Program-made: the position numbers and the translations under genes | Source: Bacteroidales bacterium | GTDB taxonomy: Bacteria; Bacteroidota; Bacteroidia; Bacteroidales; VadinHA17 | Length of the DNA stretch: 64,000 bases | Assembly (NCBI GenBank): GCA_035299385.1 | Contig: DATGWQ010000268.1 | Coordinates: 82,524 to 146,523 of the forward strand | Direction of reading: 5' to 3' | The notes under the pieces: model-generated | What the model saw: only the letters and a program-made list of their open reading frames with translations | Told to the model about the DNA's origin: nothing | Database searches by the model: none | In this document: piece by piece, positions 54,945 to 63,427 of the stretch | Layout: the number at the start of each line of letters is the position of its first letter | Numbering within the stretch: position 1 is the stretch's first letter

Positions 54945-54983
54945 TTGCGTCCTTTGCGTCTTCAGTTTTGCGTACTTTGCGTT
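54945..54983 (+). repeat. TTTGCG-word element, copy 2
   Basis: TTGCGTCCTTTGCGTCTTCAGTTTTGCGTACTTTGCGTT. It aligns with copy 1 over about 36 nt, with a 3-nt insertion and a few substitutions. Confidence 0.8.
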
Positions 54984-55021
54984 TTGTTTTTATTTTTATT
55001 CTTCCTAAGAATCATAACCCT

Positions 55022-57157
55022 ATGAAACGACTCAACCTCTTTCTTTACATCCTTCTCGCAGCTGCTCTGTTTTCCTGCACCACTGCTCCCAAGCCGCCAG
55101 TAGCAGAGAAAAATCCACATGATGTCTTCGACAAACGCATAGACAATTACTATTGGATGCGCCTCACAGACGATCAGAAAAATGCCGAAACACCCGATGA
55201 GCAGACGGCAAAGGTACTTGCCTATCTGAACGCCGAAAACGAATACACCAAAACTGTTCTCAAACATACCGAAGGTCTTCAGAAAACCTTATATGATGAG
55301 ATCATTGGCAGGATGAAGAAAGATGATGAATCAGTTCCTTATCTGAAAGACGGTTTATATTACTATACAAAGTTTTCAGAAAAGAGCGAATATCCTGTTT
55401 ATTACAGGAAGAAAGGCTCGCTCGATGCTGCTGAACAGGTTATCCTTGATGTCAACAAGCTTGCGGAAGGCAAAAGCTATTGTTCGGTGAACGGAGTTTC
55501 CGTAAGCCGCGACGGCAAGCTGCTGGCTTACGGGGTCGATTATGAGAGCAGGAGAAGATACACATTGAATTTTGTGGATATTGAGTCCGGCAATACGCTG
55601 CCTGAGAAAATCTCAAATACCACGGGGCAATGCATCTGGGCAGCAGATAACAAGACCTGCTTCTACATCACAAAGGACAAAGAGACATTAAGGGAGGACA
55701 AGGTTTACAGGCATGTGCTGGGAACGTCGCCCGACAAGGATCAGATGGTATTCTTTGAAGCTGACGAAACTTTCAGCGTCTCACTGCAGGAGACAAAAAG
55801 CCGCAAGTATATTGTCATCAACTCTGACCAGACGCTTACAACCGAATGCCGTTACATTGATGCTTCAAAACCTGAAGGTGATTTCATAGTTTTTGAGCCA
55901 AGGAAAGTCAATCACGAATACAGCATAAACCATCTTGGAAATGAGTTTTTCATCAGGACGAATTCAGACAGCGCTTCAAATTTCAGGCTAATGGAAGCCC
56001 CGGAGAACAAGACTTCATTTGAAAACTGGAAGGAAGTGATTCCAAACAGGAAAGATGTCTTGCTTGAAGGATTCGAGCTGTTTGACAAATTCCTGGTTGT
56101 CCAGGAAAGGACCAAAGCCCTTACGAACATGCGTGTTATCAATGTGGCGGACAAAAGTGAACATTTCCTGGATTTCGGCGAGGAGGCATATTCTGCTAAC
56201 ATCAATGTGAATCCGAATTCAAATACGGACATTTTACGTTACAGCTATTCATCGCTGACTACTCCCGGTTCAATCATAGACTATAACATGGTTACGAAGG
56301 AGAAGGAGCTTATGAAGGAAGACGTTGTGCTTGGAGGGTTTGACAAGAACAATTATGAAACAAAAAGAATATGGGCGAAAGTAACTGACGGAACGATGGT
56401 GCCGGTCTCACTGGTTTACAGGAAAGGATTCGTTCAGGATGGAAAGAGCCCTCTTCTTCTTTATGCATACGGCTCTTACGGAGCTTCGACCGATGCAGCC
56501 TTCAGGTCAAATATCATCAGCCTTCTCGACAGGGGTTTCGTGTATGCAATTGCCCATATCCGGGGAGGAAGCGAAATGGGACGGCAATGGTATGAGAATG
56601 GCAGGCTGCTGAAGAAGATAAATACATTCACCGATTTCAACGACTGTGCTCAGTTCCTTGTAAACGAAAAATTTACCGCTCCCGAAAATCTTTTCGCAAT
56701 GGGTGGAAGCGCCGGCGGACTGCTGATGGGCGCAATACTGAATATGAGACCCGATCTTTACAGGGGCGTAATCGCAGCAGTTCCGTTTGTAGATGTTGTC
56801 ACGACCATGCTCGACGAAAGCATCCCGCTTACCACCTTTGAATGGGATGAATGGGGCGATCCGCGGAAGAAAACTTATTACGATTACATGCTTTCCTATT
56901 CCCCATATGACCAGGTGAAAGCACAGGCCTATCCGAATATACTTGTCACAACAGGATTATGGGATTCGCAGGTACAGTACTGGGAACCGTCAAAATGGGT
57001 TGCAAAGCTGCGTGATATGAAGACCGACAAGAATGTTCTCGTAATGGACTGCAACATGACTGCCGGTCACGGAGGCGCGTCGGGACGGTTCGAACGCAAC
57101 AGGATCACATCACTTGAATACGCGTTTATCCTGGATCTTGCGGGAGTAAAGCAATGA
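55022..57157 (+). CDS. ptrB: S9A prolyl-oligopeptidase family peptidase (oligopeptidase B-like), lipoprotein
   Basis: Start at the ATG at 55022 (MKRLNLFLYILLAAALFSC). Beta-propeller region, nucleophile elbow GGSAGGLLMG, GLWDSQV and AGHGG regions. Confidence 0.85.
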   Translation: MKRLNLFLYILLAAALFSCTTAPKPPVAEKNPHDVFDKRIDNYYWMRLTDDQKNAETPDEQTAKVLAYLNAENEYTKTVLKHTEGLQKTLYDEIIGRMKKDDESVPYLKDGLYYYTKFSEKSEYPVYYRKKGSLDAAEQVILDVNKLAEGKSYCSVNGVSVSRDGKLLAYGVDYESRRRYTLNFVDIESGNTLPEKISNTTGQCIWAADNKTCFYITKDKETLREDKVYRHVLGTSPDKDQMVFFEADETFSVSLQETKSRKYIVINSDQTLTTECRYIDASKPEGDFIVFEPRKVNHEYSINHLGNEFFIRTNSDSASNFRLMEAPENKTSFENWKEVIPNRKDVLLEGFELFDKFLVVQERTKALTNMRVINVADKSEHFLDFGEEAYSANINVNPNSNTDILRYSYSSLTTPGSIIDYNMVTKEKELMKEDVVLGGFDKNNYETKRIWAKVTDGTMVPVSLVYRKGFVQDGKSPLLLYAYGSYGASTDAAFRSNIISLLDRGFVYAIAHIRGGSEMGRQWYENGRLLKKINTFTDFNDCAQFLVNEKFTAPENLFAMGGSAGGLLMGAILNMRPDLYRGVIAAVPFVDVVTTMLDESIPLTTFEWDEWGDPRKKTYYDYMLSYSPYDQVKAQAYPNILVTTGLWDSQVQYWEPSKWVAKLRDMKTDKNVLVMDCNMTAGHGGASGRFERNRITSLEYAFILDLAGVKQ

Positions 57158-58926
57158 GAAAATTAACCTTTTATACACTTTTTATCTTTCTTTTTTTCTG
57201 CAGTTGCAGACAGGAAAAGAGTGAGTTGCTTGTCGAAGCCGAATCCTTTCAGAATAAAGGAGGCTGGCTTGTCGATCCTCAATTTGTCGAGCAGATGGGA
57301 TCACCATACCTGCTTGCACACGGACTTGGCAATCCCGTTGCTGATGCTTCAACAGACATCCGGATCCCTGAAAAAGGCAGATACAATGTCTGGGTCAGAA
57401 CGCGGAACTGGGCTCCCGGCATATGGGAGGCTCCCGGCCGGTTCAGGATTGTGATTGACGGCACAGGGCTGAAGAATGAACTGGGAACAGCAGAGGATGG
57501 CTGGAGATGGCAATATGCCGGGAAAGTCAGGATTAAAGATACTGTGGCTAACATCTCAGCAAAGGACCTTACAGGCTTTGACGGGCGCTTTGATGCCGTT
57601 TACCTGAGCACTCTGAAAAACGCACCTCCTGATGATGCGACAGAATTGGAAAAATGGCGCAAAGAGCTCCAGGGAGAATCAGGGATACCTTCACGGACCG
57701 AACGATTTGACCTCGTTGTTGTCGGTGGCGGGATAGCAGGCTGTGCCGCATCTGTTGCAGCAGCGGAGCAGGGTGTGAAGGTGGCTCTCATACAGGATCG
57801 TCCCGTATTGGGCGGAAATGCCAGCAGTGAAATAAGGGTTCATACCGAAGGCATAACCTGGAAATCTGATCGCATCCTGAAGAACCTGAATACAGTATGG
57901 TGGCCGAACGGCTCTCCTGAATCTGTCATCGACGACAGGAAAAGGATGGATTACATGAAGTCGTTCCGGAATATTTCTATTTTTCTGAATACCAGGGCTT
58001 ATGCCTCCAATACAGCTTCGGATTCGATCACGTCCGTTGATGTGAAAAATACTTCGACAGGAGAGAGGATCCGGTTTATTGCACCTTTATTTATTGATTG
58101 CACTGGTGACGGCTGGATTGGATACTGGTCGGGCGCAGAATATATGTATGGCAGGGAGGATTCTTCGGAATTCAAAGAGAACTGGGATAAGCACGGCGAG
58201 CTTTGGAGTCCTGCAAAATCTGATGATCGCGTGATGGGCTCATCGGTCCTGTGGAGAACAGTGGACAAAGGTTCAGATGTGGTTTTTCCTGAAGTACCCT
58301 GGGCAATGGACGTTGCAAAAAAGTATTCTGCCACAATGGGTACCTGGAACTGGGAGTTTTCGGACAATACGCTTAACCAGATTGAAGACGGGGAGAAGAT
58401 AAGGGATCATATGCTGATGGCCATCTATGGCTCATTTTACAATGCAAAACAAAAACCTGAGAACAAAAATCTTGCACTTGAATGGACATCATATCTTCTC
58501 GGAAAACGCGAATCTAGAAGGCTTGTTGGTGATTACATCTATACCTTTCAGGATGAAAAGAACATGGTCGAATTTCCTGATGCGGTTGCGATGGAATCCA
58601 GGAGCGTAGATGTGCATTACCAGCAAAATCTGAAAGATCAGTCAAAACCTGATTTTCTTTCCGAAGCCCTCTATTACAAGGTCGATCATTATTACATCCC
58701 GTACAGGTGTCTTTATTCCAGGAACATCAAAAACCTGCTGATGGCAGGACGTTGCTTCAGTGCATCGCACGTTGGACTTGGAGGTCCCAGGGTTATGAAC
58801 ACCACAGGCCAGATGGGTGTGGCGGCAGGATATGCGGCAGCCTTGTGCATGAAGTACAACACAAACCCAAGAGGCGTTTACAACAAACACATTAAGGATT
58901 TGCAGAAACTGATAGGTATTAAATAA
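57154..58926 (+). CDS. FAD-dependent oxidoreductase with N-terminal beta-sandwich-like domain, lipoprotein
   Basis: Lipobox FFCSC. A ~165-aa N-terminal domain, then the dinucleotide fold DLVVVGGGIAGCAASVAAAEQG...GGNASSE. The start overlaps the ptrB stop (ATGA). Confidence 0.7.
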   Translation: MRKLTFYTLFIFLFFCSCRQEKSELLVEAESFQNKGGWLVDPQFVEQMGSPYLLAHGLGNPVADASTDIRIPEKGRYNVWVRTRNWAPGIWEAPGRFRIVIDGTGLKNELGTAEDGWRWQYAGKVRIKDTVANISAKDLTGFDGRFDAVYLSTLKNAPPDDATELEKWRKELQGESGIPSRTERFDLVVVGGGIAGCAASVAAAEQGVKVALIQDRPVLGGNASSEIRVHTEGITWKSDRILKNLNTVWWPNGSPESVIDDRKRMDYMKSFRNISIFLNTRAYASNTASDSITSVDVKNTSTGERIRFIAPLFIDCTGDGWIGYWSGAEYMYGREDSSEFKENWDKHGELWSPAKSDDRVMGSSVLWRTVDKGSDVVFPEVPWAMDVAKKYSATMGTWNWEFSDNTLNQIEDGEKIRDHMLMAIYGSFYNAKQKPENKNLALEWTSYLLGKRESRRLVGDYIYTFQDEKNMVEFPDAVAMESRSVDVHYQQNLKDQSKPDFLSEALYYKVDHYYIPYRCLYSRNIKNLLMAGRCFSASHVGLGGPRVMNTTGQMGVAAGYAAALCMKYNTNPRGVYNKHIKDLQKLIGIK

Positions 58927-58927
58927 A

Positions 58928-58963
58928 GAAGAGATGCCACCCGGCATCTCTTCTTCATTTTCG
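58928..58963 (+). terminator. intrinsic terminator between convergent genes
   Basis: GAAGAGATGCC (58928-58938), loop ACCC, GGCATCTCTTC (58943-58953), then TTCATTTTCG. Confidence 0.8.
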
Positions 58964-58995
58964 TTGACCTTCGTGTCCTCCTATATTCTACCGCT

Positions 58996-60546
58996 TCAAT
59001 CCATTCTCCTTGCCGGCGCCTGCAGATTTTTCATCACCGGCTTACCCGGCAGCTTCTCATCCCTCATGGCTGCATTGTAAACAAACGATGCAGTTATTAC
59101 GGCATTCTGCTTAAGGTCTGCCATTACAAGCCTGTCATAAGTGTCCATCACTGTATGGTAACCGCGTTCATATTCTATCTCATCCTGGATGAACTGGAAT
59201 CCCGGAAGCCCCACAGCATCAAAGGAAAGATGGTCAGTTCCGGAAGTATTCCTCATTGTGAGCGTCGAAGCACCCATATCTTCGAATGGTTTCAGCCATG
59301 ATTCGAAAACCGGCCTGACGAGCTCATTTTCCTGGAGGTAGACGCCCCTGTATTTTCCTGAGCCGTTGTCCATATTGAAGTAGGCGGCGAAATTGCTGAA
59401 ATCGGCTTTATGCTCCCTGGTCTTTGAATCAACAAGATATTTCTCGACATAGCCGCGCGATCCGTTGAGTCCCTGCTCTTCACCACCCCACAGTGCAATT
59501 CTGATTGTTCTGCGTGGTGTGACATCCAGGCTCTTCAGAATTCTCAGAGCTTCCATCATCACGATACAGCCTGATGCATTGTCGGCTGCGCCTGTTCCGC
59601 CGTGCCACGAGTCGATGTGAGCGCCAACGAGCACAACTTCGTTTTTCAGAAGCTTGTCCGTTCCCGGAATCTCCCCGATGACGTTGTATACGCTGGGATT
59701 TGCAAAGAATTTATTCTGAACTTCAACTTCCATCTCCACAGGGATGTTATGCCTTAAAAGCCTTTCAATCCTTCCGTGATCCTCGACGGGAAGGAATAAC
59801 TGTGAAACAGGCTCTTTACTCCCGGCGGTATAGTTGGCAGAACTGGACCTCGGCACATTGAAAGTGCCGCTGTTGAGAAGCATAACTCCTGCTCCCTCAT
59901 TCTGCAGGAAATCCGATATTTTGGTCCTGAGAGCTCTTTCGGCCATATATGCCGCAAAGTCACCCTGCATCCTCCTGGGCTGGGCTGCAGCAGATTTTGA
60001 AAGCTCTTTAAGCTCTTCATCCGTATATCTCGAAGCCAGGGGTTCGAAGCTGACACTGTAAACTGTCGTTGAAGGAATAAGAACAATTTTACCTGTGACG
60101 TTCCCTTTATATTTGTTAAGGTCCTCTTCATTCTTTACATCCATCAGCAAGACCTGTCCCTTTATGGCTCCATTCGTGCTTCCGGTCCATGCAACAGGAT
60201 TACATGCAAAGTTGCAGTAGTAAGGTGAAGTCATGGCAGCATAGGTCTTGATATTATCCCACCCGCCGTTCCTGAAATCCCGTGCGGACTCAATCCTGAC
60301 GTTCCGGAGACCCATTTCCTCCATCTTTTTCTTTGCCCATTCATTTCCTCGTGTTCCTCCTGTTGACCCGGTAAGCCTGGGACCTACAAAATCAGTCAGC
60401 CAGAATGCAAGATCTTCAATTTGTGAGTTTTTAAGACCTTCCTGCTTGATCTTGTAAATCATGGCAAGATCAACTTTTTCCTCCTGTGCCGAGAGCCACA
60501 TGGGAAGGAAGAACAGTAACAATAAAGAGATACTGATTTTTTTCAT
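58996..60546 (-). CDS. M28-family aminopeptidase with PA domain
   Basis: Signal peptide. Zn ligand regions VLVGAHIDSW, DNASGCIVMMEA, WGGEEQGLNGS, FNMDNG. Confidence 0.85.
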   Translation of the reverse strand: MKKISISLLLLFFLPMWLSAQEEKVDLAMIYKIKQEGLKNSQIEDLAFWLTDFVGPRLTGSTGGTRGNEWAKKKMEEMGLRNVRIESARDFRNGGWDNIKTYAAMTSPYYCNFACNPVAWTGSTNGAIKGQVLLMDVKNEEDLNKYKGNVTGKIVLIPSTTVYSVSFEPLASRYTDEELKELSKSAAAQPRRMQGDFAAYMAERALRTKISDFLQNEGAGVMLLNSGTFNVPRSSSANYTAGSKEPVSQLFLPVEDHGRIERLLRHNIPVEMEVEVQNKFFANPSVYNVIGEIPGTDKLLKNEVVLVGAHIDSWHGGTGAADNASGCIVMMEALRILKSLDVTPRRTIRIALWGGEEQGLNGSRGYVEKYLVDSKTREHKADFSNFAAYFNMDNGSGKYRGVYLQENELVRPVFESWLKPFEDMGASTLTMRNTSGTDHLSFDAVGLPGFQFIQDEIEYERGYHTVMDTYDRLVMADLKQNAVITASFVYNAAMRDEKLPGKPVMKNLQAPARRMD

Positions 60547-60665
60547 ATAAGAATTATTGGATTTAGGTTAATTCCCTGATGGTAAAGCGTCAAATATATA
60601 GAAAAAGGGTTCGATTGTTTTATGTTTAATATTGCTATTTAACAATAATTAACTTGGGTGACCAT

Positions 60666-60714
60666 GTAGAGACGCGTCTCCTGTTGTCGTAACGCGCAGG
60701 TTGCCCGTCTCTAC
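60666..60714 (+). repeat. GTAGAGACG inverted-repeat element
   Basis: GTAGAGACG (60666-60674) and CGTCTCTAC (60706-60714) are perfect inverted repeats. The nested 12-bp palindrome GAGACGCGTCTC lies at 60669-60680. Confidence 0.85.
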
Positions 60715-60901
60715 GCTCTAACCTCACGAAGAATTAAGCATAAGATCTTTGAACAGTCTCCGAGTAAGCAAATAACGGCAACGAGAAAGTAAGTTAAGAT
60801 CAAGACTTTCACAAAAGAAGGGTAGCCCTGTCACGGGGTATTAACTCTAAATACTCCAGGCACTTTAGGGCACTCTGGTCACTTTTCCTTACTTTTGCCC
60901 C

Positions 60902-63376
60902 ATGGTTTACCCCGATAATTTTGAAAATAAGATCGGCTTTGACAGGATCAGGAAATTGCTGTCAGAATATTGCATCAGCAGGATGGGACTTGAGAAAGTG
61001 GAGAACATCAGCTTTCTTACTGATCTGCAGTTTTTGACTGATGAGCTCTCGGCGACATACGAGATGCAGCAGATACTTACGATTGAGGATCATTTTCCAT
61101 CAGAAGATTACTTCAGGATATCGGATACTCTTAATAAAATCAGGATTGAAGGCACATTTCCCGAGGTTCAGGAGGTTTTTGACCTCAGGAGATCCATTGA
61201 AACTGTCAGGGACATACTGAACTTTTTTAAGAGACGGGAATCAGACAGGTATCCTGTACTGAAGTCAAGGTGCAGCCCGGTAAAAATGTACCCTTATGTG
61301 TCTGACGCCATCGACAGGATCATAGACAAGAAAGGAATTATAAAGGATACAGCTTCACCGCGGCTTAAAGAGATAAGGTCCGAAATAGCTTCAAAGAACA
61401 TGCAGGCTGCAAGACGGCTTGCTGCAATCATGAAGCAGGCCCAGGCTGAAGGCATCGTTGATTCCGATATTGCTGTTTCAATAAGAAACGGGCGGGGTGT
61501 GATCCCTGTGAATGTTTATGACAAGCGCAAGATACGCGGGCTCATACATGACCAGTCCGCTTCCGGCAAAACAGTTTTTATCGAGCCTGAAGAGATTGTC
61601 GAAATCAATAACGACATTGTGGAGCTTGAGTATGAGGAGAGAAGGGAGATTGTGAGGATATTGACTTCACTTGCCGACAATATCAGGCCATACATTGATG
61701 ATCTTGTACAGTGCGATTCTTTTCTCGGCGAAATGGATTTCACCAGGGCTAAAGCAACACTTGGCAACCGCCTTCAATGCATTAAACCGGCATTGGCTGA
61801 TCGTCCTTCTGTTTTATGGAGAAAAGCTTCGCATCCGCTGCTCACGCTTGCGTTTGAAAAGACACCCGCGCGTAAGGTTGTTCCACTCGATATTGAGCTG
61901 AATGACAATAACAGGATACTTCTCATTTCAGGGCCCAATGCGGGTGGAAAATCTGTCTGTCTTAAAACAGTCGGGCTTATCCAGTATATGTTCCAGTGCG
62001 GCATGACAGTTCCGGTGCATGAAGGGACTGAAATGGGCATTTTCGAAAAAATCCTGATCGATATCGGCGATGAACAAAGCATTGAAAATGACCTGAGCAC
62101 CTACAGCTCCCATCTGTTGAACATGAAGTTCTTTCTGAGGAACGGGAATGATAATTCCCTTATCCTTATTGACGAATTCGGCACCGGCACCGAGCCCATG
62201 CTCGGAGGTGCGATAGCCGAAGCCATTCTTGCCGAGCTCAACAGCAGGAAGGTATACGGCGTGATTACAACACATTATACCAATCTCAAGCATTTTGCTT
62301 CGCTTACGGACGGGATCGTAAACGGCGCAATGGCTTTCGACAATCACCTGATGCAGCCATTGTTCCAGCTTTACATAGGAAAGCCGGGCAGCTCATTCGC
62401 ATTCGAGATTGCCAGGAAAATAGGATTACCCGAAAATATCCTTTCCGGTGCCTCGGAAAAGGCAGGAGTGAAGAATATTGATTATGACAAGAACCTGCGT
62501 GATATAGCACGGGACAAAAGATATTGGGAGACCAAAAGGCAGAACATCAGGCAGCATGAGAAGCGGCTCGAAGAGCTGATGGAAGCTTATGAGAAAGAAA
62601 TTTCAGGAGCTAAGGCCTTGCGAAAGGAAATTATTACCAAAGCGAAAGATGAAGCCGGGCATCTCCTCCAGGAATCCAACAGGGTGATTGAGAATACCAT
62701 CAGGCAGATACGTGAAGCCCAGGCGGAAAAGGAAAAGACGAAGGATGTCCGCCAGAAACTTGAGGAATTCAGGGAGAATGTTGTGAAGAATGAAAATCAG
62801 GAAGAGACCAAAACGATCGGGAAAGCTGAACTTCTTGCTTCAAAGGTTCAGAAGATCAAAAGAAAACGCCAGCCTGAAAAGGAAAAGCCGGTACCTGTTG
62901 AACAACCTCTCAAAGCCGGGGATGCTGTCAGGATGAAAGACACGCAGGCCGCCGGTGAAATCATCGAGATTAAGGATAAAATGGCGCGTATCGAAACAGG
63001 CAGCCTCAGGTTTCTTGTATCCCTTGACAAAATAGAGAGGATAAGCAGGTCGGAGCTGAAGAAGAGCCTCAGGTCCCAGCAGCCTGAGCGTGAAGAAATG
63101 GCCTCGTCTGTCGTACCGCGGAATCTGAATTTCTATCCTGAAATTGATATCCGGGGAATGCGTGGTGATGAAGCAATACAGAAAGTCCAGGACCTGGTAG
63201 ACACAGCAATCGTTGTGCGTCACAGGAACCTCAGGATCCTTCATGGTAAAGGAAACGGAATACTCCGGCAGCTCGTGAGGGATTACCTGTCAACGGTGGA
63301 CCTCGTCAAATCTTACCGTGACGAACATATCGAAATGGGAGGCACGGGGATCACGATGGTGGAAATGGATGTGTGA
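60902..63376 (+). CDS. mutS2: endonuclease MutS2 (MutS ATPase + Smr domain)
   Basis: Walker A GPNAGGKS, DEFGTGTEP, long coiled-coil region, C-terminal Smr (IDIRGMRGDEA...LRILHGKGNGILR). Confidence 0.92.
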   Translation: MVYPDNFENKIGFDRIRKLLSEYCISRMGLEKVENISFLTDLQFLTDELSATYEMQQILTIEDHFPSEDYFRISDTLNKIRIEGTFPEVQEVFDLRRSIETVRDILNFFKRRESDRYPVLKSRCSPVKMYPYVSDAIDRIIDKKGIIKDTASPRLKEIRSEIASKNMQAARRLAAIMKQAQAEGIVDSDIAVSIRNGRGVIPVNVYDKRKIRGLIHDQSASGKTVFIEPEEIVEINNDIVELEYEERREIVRILTSLADNIRPYIDDLVQCDSFLGEMDFTRAKATLGNRLQCIKPALADRPSVLWRKASHPLLTLAFEKTPARKVVPLDIELNDNNRILLISGPNAGGKSVCLKTVGLIQYMFQCGMTVPVHEGTEMGIFEKILIDIGDEQSIENDLSTYSSHLLNMKFFLRNGNDNSLILIDEFGTGTEPMLGGAIAEAILAELNSRKVYGVITTHYTNLKHFASLTDGIVNGAMAFDNHLMQPLFQLYIGKPGSSFAFEIARKIGLPENILSGASEKAGVKNIDYDKNLRDIARDKRYWETKRQNIRQHEKRLEELMEAYEKEISGAKALRKEIITKAKDEAGHLLQESNRVIENTIRQIREAQAEKEKTKDVRQKLEEFRENVVKNENQEETKTIGKAELLASKVQKIKRKRQPEKEKPVPVEQPLKAGDAVRMKDTQAAGEIIEIKDKMARIETGSLRFLVSLDKIERISRSELKKSLRSQQPEREEMASSVVPRNLNFYPEIDIRGMRGDEAIQKVQDLVDTAIVVRHRNLRILHGKGNGILRQLVRDYLSTVDLVKSYRDEHIEMGGTGITMVEMDV

Positions 63377-63388
63377 CCCCTATCCCTG

Positions 63389-63410
63389 CCTTCCCCTAAG
63401 TGGGGGAAGG
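63389..63410 (+). terminator. hairpin downstream of mutS2
   Basis: CCTTCCCC (63389-63396), loop TAAGTG, GGGGAAGG (63403-63410). No clear U-tract. Confidence 0.4.
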
Positions 63411-63427
63411 TGCATACAGAATAGAAA

